This document shows, piece after piece, positions 25,609 to 38,300 of a stretch of DNA of 64,000 bases. The first letter of the stretch is position 1. The number at the start of each line of letters is the position of its first letter. Source of the stretch: Intoshia linei (Eukaryota > Animalia > Orthonectida); assembly GCA_001642005.1 (NCBI GenBank), contig LWCA01000008.1:39557-103556 (forward strand), in the 5' to 3' direction. A program made the position numbers and the translations under genes. The notes under the pieces are model-generated. The model searched no databases. It worked only from the letters and a program-made list of their open reading frames with translations, and was not told where the DNA came from.

Positions 25609-28600
25609 TCAGAATTTTACACTTTTAGAAAAATTTTTTGCATCTTTGCGATTTTTTATTTCTTCTTTTATTTTACATTGTCTTTCCAACATGGCAATCA
25701 TTATATCAAGAACGGAAATCTTTAACGAATCCTCGTTCATTAAAATTTTACTAAAAAAAATAAAATATATTTATAAATTGTTAATAATTTATTAGTGTTA
25801 AAACTATGTGACTATCCACGTCCAAAATTATATTATACAGCGACATTGTCGTAACCCTTATGACTTAGAAGACAAAAAATGGACCTAAATCAAGTCAAAA
25901 TTCTAAAATTGGCATTTTTTCGACATATTTACTACTGAACTTTATGTAATGACTCCCTCCCTATAATGATTCCACTTGAGAGAATATGCAATCCTTACTT
26001 ATATAAAACTCTTTGTGTGTCTGTGTATGTTATCGTTTATTTCAATAACTAAAAATCTTATAATTTTATAAAGTCCACATTTCTATTACAGCTTTTTCTG
26101 GCTTAAAAGTAAGATAAATTTCAACATTCGAAACTCAGATCTTACCGGTGAAAAACCACAATTATCCGTTTTTATGAAAATCAAACGAGTTCGAGAATTT
26201 AAATATACACTCTGATACAGATTTTAAAATCATAAATATTGTCATAAATTTAAATTTAAAAAAATATATCTTCAGACCAAATATAAATTAAATTAAAATT
26301 AAATTTCAATCTAAATAAGTGACGCCTTCACGGTCAAAAAAGAACTTTAATATTTATTTTTTTTATTTTATTAAAACAAAAAATGTGAAATAATTAACTG
26401 TCCGACAAAAAAAAAAAATTATTCTGATTCAGCTTATTCCAGTTGACATAAATACAAAATTTCAACCCCAGAAATCTAAAAATTTTCGGTGAAATATAAT
26501 TTTTAATATATAATCAACCAATATTTTTTAAATATTTCGATTAAAATAAAAATTAAAAATGTAAATATTAATCCTATAATTTCAAAAAAAATGTGCATTG
26601 AACGTCTACACATTTCCAATAAGAAAATCTATACAATTCATTCCTTCGGATTTTTTTTCGTTGCTACGCAATTTATTATAAAACATCACTCTCGAAAAAC
26701 GCTATTAAAAATTTGGTTTTTTACTTCTAGGACTCTTGATTTTTAAATTAAACGGTAACACACACACAAACATGTAATTTCATGTGAATAAAATTTAATA
26801 CTCATTCATACAGATTATTTTTAAAGCTAATATTTTAATTTTAAATAATCCCAATGGTTAATTACTTTAACTAGTGATAAATAATTAATAAAAATTACAG
26901 TATTACATCAGTATGCGGTCTAATGCTTTCATCCTTGTCCCACATTTTTTCTAAACAATTTTGGACATTGTAGGGAATATTTTGATTATCCATTGGTCTC
27001 AAACTTCGATGAAAAATCTAAAATATAACTAATTAAATACCATCAGGGATGCTAACATCATTATTTTTTTATTAAGAGTTTTAACTTATTATATGTAAGC
27101 CCAAGGGATAAAATTATTAATAAAAATTATAATAAGAAAAAGCAAATTTGAGCGCCATTAAAAAAATTTTTTAATTAATTTGATATTTCATCGTTTCTTC
27201 TCAATAATACGTTAATATACTATGATATAATTTATGATACAATATGTATAATATATGAACAATTTACTGAATATAGAACATTTTGTATAGTTTCAGATTG
27301 CAGATAGTTGAAATAAGGCATACTATACGAAAATATTTGCCATATAATCATTGACAATGTATAAATATTAGATTGTTTTGATTCTTTAAGACCGCGTAAA
27401 GATTTTGGAGAATAATATAAATGATTATGTTTAAAATGTTTTGATTTCATTATAATTGTACCATAAGGAACATTATCAAATATAGTTTTATCTTTTAAAT
27501 AGTAATTTTTATTTGTGTGGTAAAATGAATTTTCTTGCCAAGAACTAATTTTTAAATTCCATTTATAATCTAATAAACAATTTGTGATTTCAAAATTAGA
27601 TAAAACTATTTTTTTTGATAAAAGATAATTTAATCCTTTCGTCTAAAATGTATATTACAACATTGAATAACTAATACTATGTTTAATAATTTACCAATTC
27701 TATGGCCAGAGGAAAAGAGACATTTCTTACTTTTTTAGTTTGACAATCATTGAGAAAAGCTTCTAAATATCCTCTACTACAATAATCTTCCAAATAATAT
27801 ATATAGGAGAATGTTGTAGTGTACCCAAAAAAACTAGTTACATTGTTGTGTCTCAATCGTTTCATTTCGACCATTTTTATTTTAAATTTTTTTTTCATTT
27901 TAAAATTGATATAATTGAAATATTTCATTTTTTTAAACCCGAGTATATCAAAATTAAACTTAACTGGCCATTGAATTATTTCCATATAACTGTTAATCTC
28001 GTCAATGTCCTTTTTATGATTATTCAGAAATGTATAACAATTTATACACTTTTCAATGTTTCTAACTTCTTGAATATTGTCAATAGAACTCAAAGAAGCT
28101 CTCTCTCGGTTTCTTCCTGATTTAAGTTCATTTATTGTTTCCACATATAATTCAATATTCTGCATTGGCACAAAGAACAACTCTTTGTTTATTTTTATAT
28201 TAATTTTATAATACTTGTATATAAACATGCACAAAAGTATAAAAAGTATTAGCAATAAAAGTGGAACAATTATGGATAGAGGGATTGCCCACAATATAGA
28301 ATTGGTATATTTGGAATTTTTTAAATTTTCAATTTCAAAAATGCTTCGCTCATAGGCTAATAAACTCATGGTTTTATTATTGCACGTTATTGAACCAAGA
28401 TAATTTTTCTTTATTTTTTCATAATATGTATTGTTTAATAATATGATACTATTTTCATTCCAGGTTTTGGTTCTGTTAACATTATCAAATATCCAATCTA
28501 AATAACCTAAAAATTCTACTATAGGTAAACAGTATAAATCTCGATAGTTGGATACTACTCGGTGAATGATATCGTAGTGAGATATATTCATATTATCAAG

Positions 28601-31450
28601 TTCGTTAGGCATGTGGTTATGTGTATAATTTTTCCGCATTATTATGTAGACAATAAAATAAATCGGGTACATATTTCTCAGTATTTCATCTAATGACTTA
28701 AGGGAATTATCGCTATCCATTTTGTACGCATTAATCATTGCCGCTTCCAAGCTGTGTCTATTTGGTTTCATTGTGATATTATATTTACTATACAAAAGAG
28801 CATATCGAATATTTCTTGAATTTGCTTCAACTAACGGCAAGTAACCAATTGAATAATCTACCGATAGCAGTACTCCGATTGTTCCAAAACTTTTTTTACT
28901 ATATATACCAATTACATCACGTTTCCAGTTTAAAATACAGCCTTTTGGTAGGATGGTTGATTGTGTGTCATTCGTTGATACCCAACCTATAATATTTCTT
29001 CTACATAATGGATAGATGTCGAAATTAATTAGAGAACTTGTTGCATTATAGTTTTTTTCCATCATTTGAAATGGACCATTAAAAATTCCATAGACTTTTT
29101 TCCAATTTTCGTCTTCGAAACTCAATGCTGAAGTAAATGCATTTGTTAAAGTGGAATCTTTACTGTCATCAGCCACAACTAAAAAATATGCAATATAATA
29201 TAATAAAAATATAATAATATGTGGAAATCGCATTGGTTATCAAAATTTTGGTATTCTTTACAAATTTTCCAATATTACCTAGTAATAAATAAAAAAAGTA
29301 GATCCCTCTCCACGGCTCTGCATAAGGAATGGTACTATTATTTATATATTTATATTTAAAGGATATTTGGGACGTTACTCGTATATAACGATTGTAACAA
29401 AAATGTATAATATACAATATAAATATATATATAATATGTTAATAAAATAAAACTATATATGATGCAAAAATCTAGAATTGATAGTTAAAGCGTTATGGTG
29501 TAAGTAGGAGTTACAACTCATATTTAAAATTGGAGTAGACGTTTTGAAAGTTGTATAAAATATAACAATTTTAAGCAACTATTAAAATTATCACCCGAAA
29601 AATTTATTTTACTGAAACTTGTATATTGTAACTTGTATATACTTATATATAACTTGTACAATATACATCATATATACTTGTATCAGTATATATTTATCAC
29701 TAAATCATAAAATGAACCAAAAATTATTTTCAATGAAAAACTTTCTTCATTTTTACAGCAAATATAGAACAAATTTGAAATTTTTTTATCTACATGTATT
29801 AAAATGATACACTGATTTTCATTAACGAAAAAAATAAATAATTAAAGTAATTTTAACCTTTAAATCAAAAATACTTTTCCTCATAATTATTTTCATAAAA
29901 AAATATAAAAATTTTCATATAATAATAAATTTCAATGGGTAAACTTTCTTTATAAAATTGTCCGGTTTGGTTAACTTTAATATAATAAATTACCAATTAT
30001 TCTCATATGTGGCAAATTCACGTTGACGTTGAGTTTTTGCTAATTTTAAATTTAGTAAATAGTTTAAATTGTGTACAAAAATATATTAACTACTATTAAA
30101 TATTAAACTGAATAACACTGATTAAAAATAAGATAATAAGCAAATATGAATTATAATTTTTACATTCCTGAAAAAATTTTAAAAATGTATCGCGTAGTTA
30201 AAGGATTAATTAATATTTAAATATTTATATTAATAACTGTCATTTCTGTAGTTATATACAACTAAACTAATATATAAAGTTAATTAACTTTTCAATGAAT
30301 GACAATTATTGTATAGAATCAAATAATTATTGTCTAATTTGTGACTTACGTCTAATAAAATCATAAAAATCTTACTCTATGAAATGTGACCCATTTCGTG
30401 TTAAATTTAAAAAAATGTATACATGCGTTATGATTATTCTTTATGGTGGATTTCAAATTTTGTCTGTTTGTTAATTATTAAAACTTAATTTAAAAAAAAT
30501 CTGGATTATCAATAATTTTGTGTCATGGGATTATATTATTTTTTATCAGACTATGCTTAATAAATATTACTTGCTGAGTTAAAAAAATCATTTTAATTTA
30601 TTAACAAAAATAAATTTTATTATTAAAATCCAAATTCAAAAAACCGTTTATAAAGTACATTTAATACATGTCATGTATATTAATAATAAATTATTAAAAT
30701 TTTTAAAAATATATTAAAATGTAACAATAGTTAATGTTATAAAAATAAAAATATAAATACAATAATTTGATCGTCCCAATACTTATACGTTCCATTGTAT
30801 ATACCCACAATAATTTTCATATTTAAAAATAGAGTAACATTTTCTGGTACACTGGGTAAATTGTATGATATGACAATAGCTCTAAATATAAGTATATACT
30901 TATTAAAATATATAAAAATACCCTGCCATGAAAGGAAAAGAAAGAAAATTTTTTTCAATTGGTTCAGATGTATTATTTTCATTGACATGTAAATTATACG
31001 TTTTGATAATATTGCTAATATTGGCTTTGCCAGTGAAAGCATACTCGATTCTCGATTTATTATAAAGTTTGGGGAAAACAGCAGTTTGAAGAGCTTGGCG
31101 ACTCCCAGCAATATAAAAATGTTCTCTAACATCCATAAACATGGATCGAGAATACTACAAAATTATTATAAACATAAAAAATAATTAAAAAAATAATTAG
31201 CAAGATGCCTCTATTAGTCGACTATTAGTATGAATCGTGTGAGATGCATCGCAAAAATCAAAGGTTGCAGTTATAGCTATTTTAAAATTACCTTGTAGTC
31301 GTTAAACCAATTTTTTCTCAATGGATATAGAAACTCTTCTCCAATGCCTCTAATATGAATGTGTACACTTGACTTTGACAAAACGGTAAAATTTGATTTG
31401 CATTTTGATATTATCGCAATAATAATAAAATGTAGTATGAAATACATCAT
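25609..31450 (-). CDS. Single-pass receptor: signal peptide, PstS-like phosphate-binding-protein ectodomain, TM helix, receptor-guanylyl-cyclase-type pseudokinase and hinge helix; no cyclase domain found
   Basis: Phase-compatible exons at 31292-31450, 30922-31154, 30761-30881, 29994-30039, about 27695-29178, about 27270-27642, about 26903-27017 and about 25609-25751. PstS-like motifs: RGIGEEFLYPLRKNWFNDY; FPFMAGAIVISYNLP..IVGIYNGTYKYWDDQIIQKLNVNVNLPHMRIIVV; FTSALS...WKKVYG; SIGYL; YPIYFIVYIIMRKNY. TM is ILWAIPLSIIVPLLLLILFILLCMFIY. Kinase-homology motifs: MKRLRHNNVTSFFG, EDYCSRGYL, KGLNYL, NCLLDYKWNLKIS, WDKDESIRP. Confidence 0.85.
25992..26670 (+). mobile_element. Family A Helitron-like copy in a receptor-gene intron
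   Basis: Starts A|TCCTTACTTATATAA. The body is closely similar to 1700-2400. Confidence 0.75.
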
Positions 31451-31584
31451 TATGGCTGATTTTTAATTTGTATTAATTTTAAATTTGTCTTGTAATTTAA
31501 ATTTTTCTTAATTTTAAATACTACTGATTATTAATGAGATGAAAATATTCAATGACCCATAAATTAAAAAAATCAATAAAAAAT

Positions 31585-32750
31585 TTAATTAATTTCTAAA
31601 TCGTGCCTCATATCCAAGAGGAACCAAAACGATATTAGAAAACCAATAATCATAGCACTAGAAAATAAAATTGATAATAATATTAGGATGAATGTGTGGA
31701 TCTTTATGTCATCAACACTTTTTTTATAGCAACCCTAATCCAATTTTATAAAAGATTAAATTTATAATTACGTCAACGTGATAGTAATAACTGATGTGCA
31801 TTCGTGATTTAGCATCATTTTGGCACCTGTAGAGATTCCTCAAATCGAGATTATTAATATCAACACTATTTAAATATTCGTATCTTGTATTGATTAAAAC
31901 ACAACAACTTTTGGGTACAACCATATAGTCATCATTTTGCAAATTTCGTATAGTAATATTCTGAGAATATTTTTAGTTTACAATTCAGAGTTAATACACG
32001 TTACATTTTTGTTGTTGTGGTATTTCCAATCACTATTTTCATAATCATATGCACCAGAAGACCCGCAACATTGATACTGATTTAAAAAAATGTAAATTTA
32101 AAGATACAAATATATATCAAAAAGGGTTATTTGGGATTGAAATTACACGAATTTGAATGTTGTCCCATACATATTTCCAATCGGTATTTTCTGCAACAAG
32201 TGATTTCACTTGCTCCTTCATACCAATCTTTAAATCAGTGTCTATCTAATAGATAAAATACAAATTAATAAAATCAAATCATACCGTATTTCTGAAACGA
32301 CTTGTTGTATGAGCTATCGTTATAAAAGTAAAGGCATTTCCGATTAAACCGGCGCAAAACTAAAATAAAAATTGAGCTTCACAAAATATTAAATGTAAAG
32401 AATATTTAAAAAAGCTAATAATCTAAATTCACCAAAGCCAAAAGAAATTCACTCTGTCGAATAATTGCAATATACCCAATTACAAAAAGTATACAAGTTG
32501 AGCAACCACATATAATTGAAATGATAATGTTTAAAAACATAATGTTGTCACTTAAACTCCGTTTCATTAAACTATACAATCCGTATGAATAGGGATACAA
32601 ATATGCAAAACAAGCACATGTTGTACAAGATAATCCAATCAACTAAAAAATAAATTATATGTTACTAAATAATTAATATTATAATTTATAATAAACCAAA
32701 ATAAAAACATTATATCCCAATAAAAAGTATTTAGATGTGTTTTTGAACAT
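31585..32750 (-). CDS. Tetraspanin
   Basis: SKYFLLGYNVF (TM1), WDNIQIR|YQCCGSSGAYDY (CCG motif), VPKSCC, and GCY before TM4, with the stop at 31585. There may be an extra upstream exon near 32895-32930. Confidence 0.9.
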
Positions 32751-33369
32751 AATTTTTTGTATGATTTGTTAAAATTGTGTTATAATAAATATATATTTAA
32801 TTCATATCTAAATTACATTTATTAAAATTTTAAATATAATCTCAAATTCAGTACACCAAAAATTCACAGACATAGTTGCAAAGATTTGATTACCAATAGT
32901 AAATTTTGATCTATTAAATTTGTCAGACATGAATCAAGATCATATTTTTTAACTTAATACGTGATGTGTAACTTAAATTATTCTGTTATATAACTTATTT
33001 TAATTCTAAATAAATTATTTTAAATTTAAATTTAAATTATTATAAAGTAAAATATAACATTTACAATATTATATATAAGTATTTATTATTGAAAATATTC
33101 ATTATTGAAATAATTTTTTGTCTTGCGTCTTCTATATCAGTAATATTAATAGCTTTCTTAAATTTGATGAATGCTCTCTCTGCAGATTAAAAACAATATT
33201 TATCCCATTTTTTTAAATTATTCAACAGAATGTGTAACCTTAAGGTTTAAGCTGTCCTTGGTCTATATTATTAAAAATAAAGTAATAATATTTTCTTATT
33301 CTATTATTATTGCATTTCTATATATATCATATATATCATATATCATCATATATAGCATATATATCTAAT

Positions 33370-34021
33370 AAAATATTTGAAAAATATTGGTTAATAATAT
33401 ATTAAAAATTATTTTTCACCAGGAATGCGTAGATGTCTGGGGTTGAAATTTTGTATTTATATTAACTGGAATAAGCTTTTTCAGAATAATCTCTTTTTTT
33501 AATTTTCGGACCGTTAATTATTTCACATTTTTTGTTTTTATAAAGTATTTCGGAAAAAAAATATATAAATACTAAAATGCTTTTTTGACCGTGAAGGCGT
33601 CACTTATTTAGATTGAAATTTTTTGTGTATCTTAACAGGATGCAAGTGTCCACCTGTATTTTTTTTGAAATTCTATAGCTGTTTTCATAAAAAAACAAAG
33701 GCTAATTTATGGTTTTGGCCCTGAATATATAATTTTTTTTAATTTAAATTTATGATAATCTTGATGATTTTAAAGTCCGTATTAGTGTATATATTTTTTA
33801 AATCCTCCGACTTGTTTAATTTTCAAAAAGAAGGACAATTGTGGTTTTTGACACGTAAGATATGAATTTGCTAAATTGAAATTTATTTTGCTAACATTTC
33901 CGGAAAAAACTGTTATTTAAATGTGGACTTTATAAAATTCTAAGACTGGTAGTTATTTCAATAAAGTGGAACCACACACACACACCAACCAAAATCGCGT
34001 TGCATATTATATAAGTAAGGA
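33370..34021 (-). mobile_element. Family A Helitron-like copy
   Basis: Minus-strand start A|TCCTTACTTATATAATATGCAACGCG. The body matches 10780-11400. Confidence 0.75.
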
Positions 34022-34449
34022 TAATTATACAGTTATGTATAAGGATTATAATTATAATTAAAATTAAATTTTTTTTTGATTAAACTGATAATGAGATATT
34101 TTCAAAGTCGATGTTTAATATTAATGAAAATTATATTTATTACTGTATTACTGTTTATTTGCGGCCCCCACAACGTCATAAAAATATTCCACCGCCTATT
34201 ACAGCGCGCTGTATTGACGATTTATTTACGGAATTATTTTTTACAATGGATAAGGGGTGCACAACCTTTCTACCAATTCAGCCGCAAAGCTAACTTACTC
34301 ATAATACTAAGGCCGTACAAAATTTACTTTGACATTGAAAAATTATAAATCCATTTTCAGAAAATGGCTAAAGTCAAAACGGTAAGTTTTTGATTAAAAT
34401 ATTTTAATTTTCCCTTGAATAAAATCTAATTTAAATTGTTTCAATTTGA

Positions 34450-34900
34450 CGTAGATGGGTATAATTCATTGCACAATAGAGTAACGATAAAATTTTAAGT
34501 AAGTCATTTTAAGGAGATGCCCACTGTGTATACCCATTTTAATTTTATAAAGTTTACTACGCTTAAGGTTCATAATATTTCGCGGCTTAACAATTGCAAC
34601 ATTTTAACTGTAACAATGTTTTAACTACACACATAAATAATAATGTAAATTTTGTATCGTATGAAAAACTTAAATCGGTCCAATGAGGTCGATTCTTCCA
34701 TTATTGCGAACTGTTCAGTAAAAATCAATATTTTAAAAATCATTTCCATTTACTTCAAAAATTTCGCCAATAAGTCTTAATTTATAATGTAACTCGTGTA
34801 TCCTCCTTCTCGAAGATTTTAAATCTATATTATTTTCGCTTACCAACATTGTTACGTTTTTTACCCATATCAAATTCGTCAACATTATTCATGTTATATA
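34450..34900 (-). pseudogene. Possible highly decayed hAT (Charlie/Buster-like) transposase fragment
   Basis: Stop-riddled frames give QFAIMEESTSLDRFKFFIRY (compare F.LQLDESTD....L.VFIRY), GIHSGHLLKM (compare TDGAP.M) and LYCAMN (compare HC..H), in the expected order. Confidence 0.35.
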
Positions 34901-35310
34901 CTTCATATGCAGTTGTTGGCAAATATAGAAATTTTAAATGCTACCACACGCATAGTGATCATTCCTTTGATTTGTAATTTTTCAATTCAAATCAATAATT
35001 ATAATTTTAGTAAAATTATTTTATACAATAATTTCTTCGAGGCCCAACGAGTACCCAAATTGTTACGTACCATAAATTCAGCTCTTTATATAATTTAAGA
35101 TGATCAGTAATTTATATAAATATCTATAATATAGTAGCTAAACTTTATCAATATTCAGTTAATATAACTACAATAATATATAATATACTCCACAGAAAAA
35201 GTGAACTGACTGTGAATAAACTTACTTGAAATTTTAAGGGTAAACAAAAAGTACCGTGGATACATATTTGTAAACTTTTACTTTGTTAGTACACATAAAT
35301 ATAAAAGTAT

Positions 35311-38300
35311 ATGTTCTTTCGATTGACTTTCAGAAAACTTTACAGTAAAAATAATCAACTTGCATATAAATTTTGTATACGAAACAAAAGTTCAATGGAA
35401 AATTTATTAATCAAAGAATCAAAATATTCAAATTGGCTCAATAAATTGGGAATTGAAAATGAAAACCCTGGTGTTTTCACTGGAAAATGGAAAAATGGGA
35501 GTGGAGGGGTAATACATGAATTTTTTAATATGTTTCAAAGTAATTTTCTTTATAGATGTTGACTTCTTATAGTCCAATTAATAATAAGCCTATAGCAAGA
35601 GTTACGCAGGTTTGATTATATATTTACAAAATTGAAATTATTAATATACATTTCCCTTAGGGTTCTTTGAAAGATTATGAAGAATGTGTTGAATCATCCC
35701 AAACGGCTTTTAAAGAATGGTGCATGGTTTATTTCTTTATTAAATGATATATTTTTTTAATTTTTTCCGTTTCATTGCTAATACATTATTAGATGACAAT
35801 GCCACAAAGAGGTAACATCGTACGCCAAATTGGAGAAAGTCTCAGAGTCTATAAAAAGGATTTGGGGAGATTGGTAAATTTAAAATATATAATATTCACA
35901 TTTTTACATGTAAATAATGCCTTAGATAAGTTTGGAGAACGGAAAATGTATATCTGAAGGTATCGGAGAAGTGCAAGAATACATTGACATTTGTGACTAC
36001 GCTGTAGGGTTATCGAGGATGCTCACAGGAAAAGTTTTACCTTCAGAACGTATTTTTTAAATTAAAGCGCCAAGTACATATTTTTATGAATTTTAAGAAA
36101 TATACTAATTAAATCATACACCAAAATAATTAGGTCCCGGTCATCTTTTACTCGAAAATTGGAATCCGCTGGGTGTTGTTGGCATCATATCTGCATTCAA
36201 TTTTCCCTGTGCAATATTTGGATGGAATCATGCCATATCGTTAGTTTGTGGCAATACAACATTATGGTTATTCTATCAATCATTAAATTAGATTATTAAC
36301 ATTAAATTTAAATATTTAATTACATTTTAGGAAACCTTCAGATATTACACCTTTGACCACGATTGCGATTACAAAGTAAATATTTTAATACTTCTTACAT
36401 TTCGCAGAATAGTGGAAAAAGTTTTAAATGATAATCACTTGAATCCGGCCATTTCTACCATGGTTTGTGGAGGAGCAGATATTGGGTATTTATTTTAGTT
36501 TAGATTTATAATTAAACCTTATTTAGTCAACAAATCTCGATAGATAATAATATAAAATTGGTTTCTTTTACTGGAAGCTGCCAGGCAAGTTATTAAATAA
36601 TTTTTATTAAATTAAATTAGGTCGGTCGCAGTGTAGCGAATAAAGTACAAAATCGTTTCGGTCTACTTTTCAAATTTTATAAATAAAATTAAAAATATAC
36701 CAAGATTATTTTTAGGAAAGTGTCTACTAGAACTGGGTGGAAACAATGCAATAATTGGTAATAATTACTTTAAATTATATATAGAACGTTTTCAATGTCC
36801 AAAGTCCGTGAAATATCCAAAAACCATTTGAAATATTACAAAACTAACATTTGGTTAGTCTTATTTGTGACAACATTTTTAAATCTTTTTGACCAAATTT
36901 GAGGTAAAAACATCTTAACCAGACAACCCTTTTATAAATAAGAAAACTCCCAGTATCTTATCCAAAAAGTTAACCATATTCTGGTGGACTTTAATAATCT
37001 CTGACATAGAGGTCTCCACTTTCAAATATTGGAAACTGTTGATATGTAATTTTATATTTTTCAGTTAATCATGACGCCGATATTGATATGGTTGTCAAAG
37101 CATGTCTATTTGCGTGCGTTGGTACAGCTGGGCAGAGATGTACAACATCAAGGCGTTTGGTATTTAATTTACTAATCCATTTACTATATTTGATTAAAAA
37201 TTTCAGTTTTACTATGTCTTAATGGAAACATTCAGTCTTACCAACCCTAAAATGAAAAAATTCAGTTTCACCAACTATTTAGGGAAAATTCCACTTTTAC
37301 TTACCTTTAAAGGAAATAAAACTAGATTTTTCATTTTAGGGTTGGTAAAACTCAACTTTTCCTTTTAAAGCTTGGTAAAATTGGAATTTTGACTCAAGGG
37401 TTTGTGAAAATGAATTTTTCCCTTAAGGGTTGGTAATATGGTTGGATTTAAGTAAAAATGGTTGGGTTTAAGAATATTTTCATTAATTAAGTGTAAATAA
37501 TAATTTAAAATGATGTTAATTTAAATTGTTGTAAATAAAAATAAATAACGTTTATAAATTATATTTTAAATTAAATTGCAATTTTTTCTATAAAATTCAC
37601 TTTTTTGAGGGTAACCTGAGCCTGTACTATATATTACTGCTCATATCGTGTAATAATATAAAAATTATATTATTTATTATTTTAAATAATATTATTTAAA
37701 ATATTATTTAATTTATTTTAAGTTAAGTTATTGCTGTTATTTTAAGTAATTTTAATTATTTTAAAAAATTTATATATAACTTTACTCTAGCTATGTATGA
37801 TTTAACAAACAAGTTTAATAAATTAATTTTTTAAAGGGTAGGTAAAAGTGTATTTTTTTCTAAAAGATTGGTAAAAATGAAATTAAAATTTAAATTAGAG
37901 AAAGTACTTTACTTAACTAAAATAGAAAATAACGGCTTTCAAACGGGTTATATTAGAGTCGACAAATGCAATTTTTTATTGAACTAAAATTTTATAACTT
38001 ATTTCTTAACTTATATAATATGCTCCGCGAATTTTGTTTGTGTGTATGTGTGTTTGTTCAGCTTTATTTAAATAACTACCTCTCTTAGAATTTTATAAAG
38101 TCCTCATTTCAATTACAGTTTTTTCCGGGGATGTTTACAAACATAATTTCAACCTCACAAATTCACATCTTACGAGTCAAAAAGCCCAATTGTCCCTCTT
38201 TTTGAAAATCAAACGAGTTGGAAAATTTGAAAAAAATATATACGCTGATACGGATTTTAAAATCATAAACATTATCATAAATTTAAATGCTGATGCGGAT

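Noticed and set aside
29179-29233. Apparent signal peptide MRFPHIIIFLLYYIAYFL at the start of the 516-aa ORF
   Set aside because: This is AT-rich intron sequence upstream of the acceptor at 29179. The PstS-like alignment continues in phase into exon 29994-30039.
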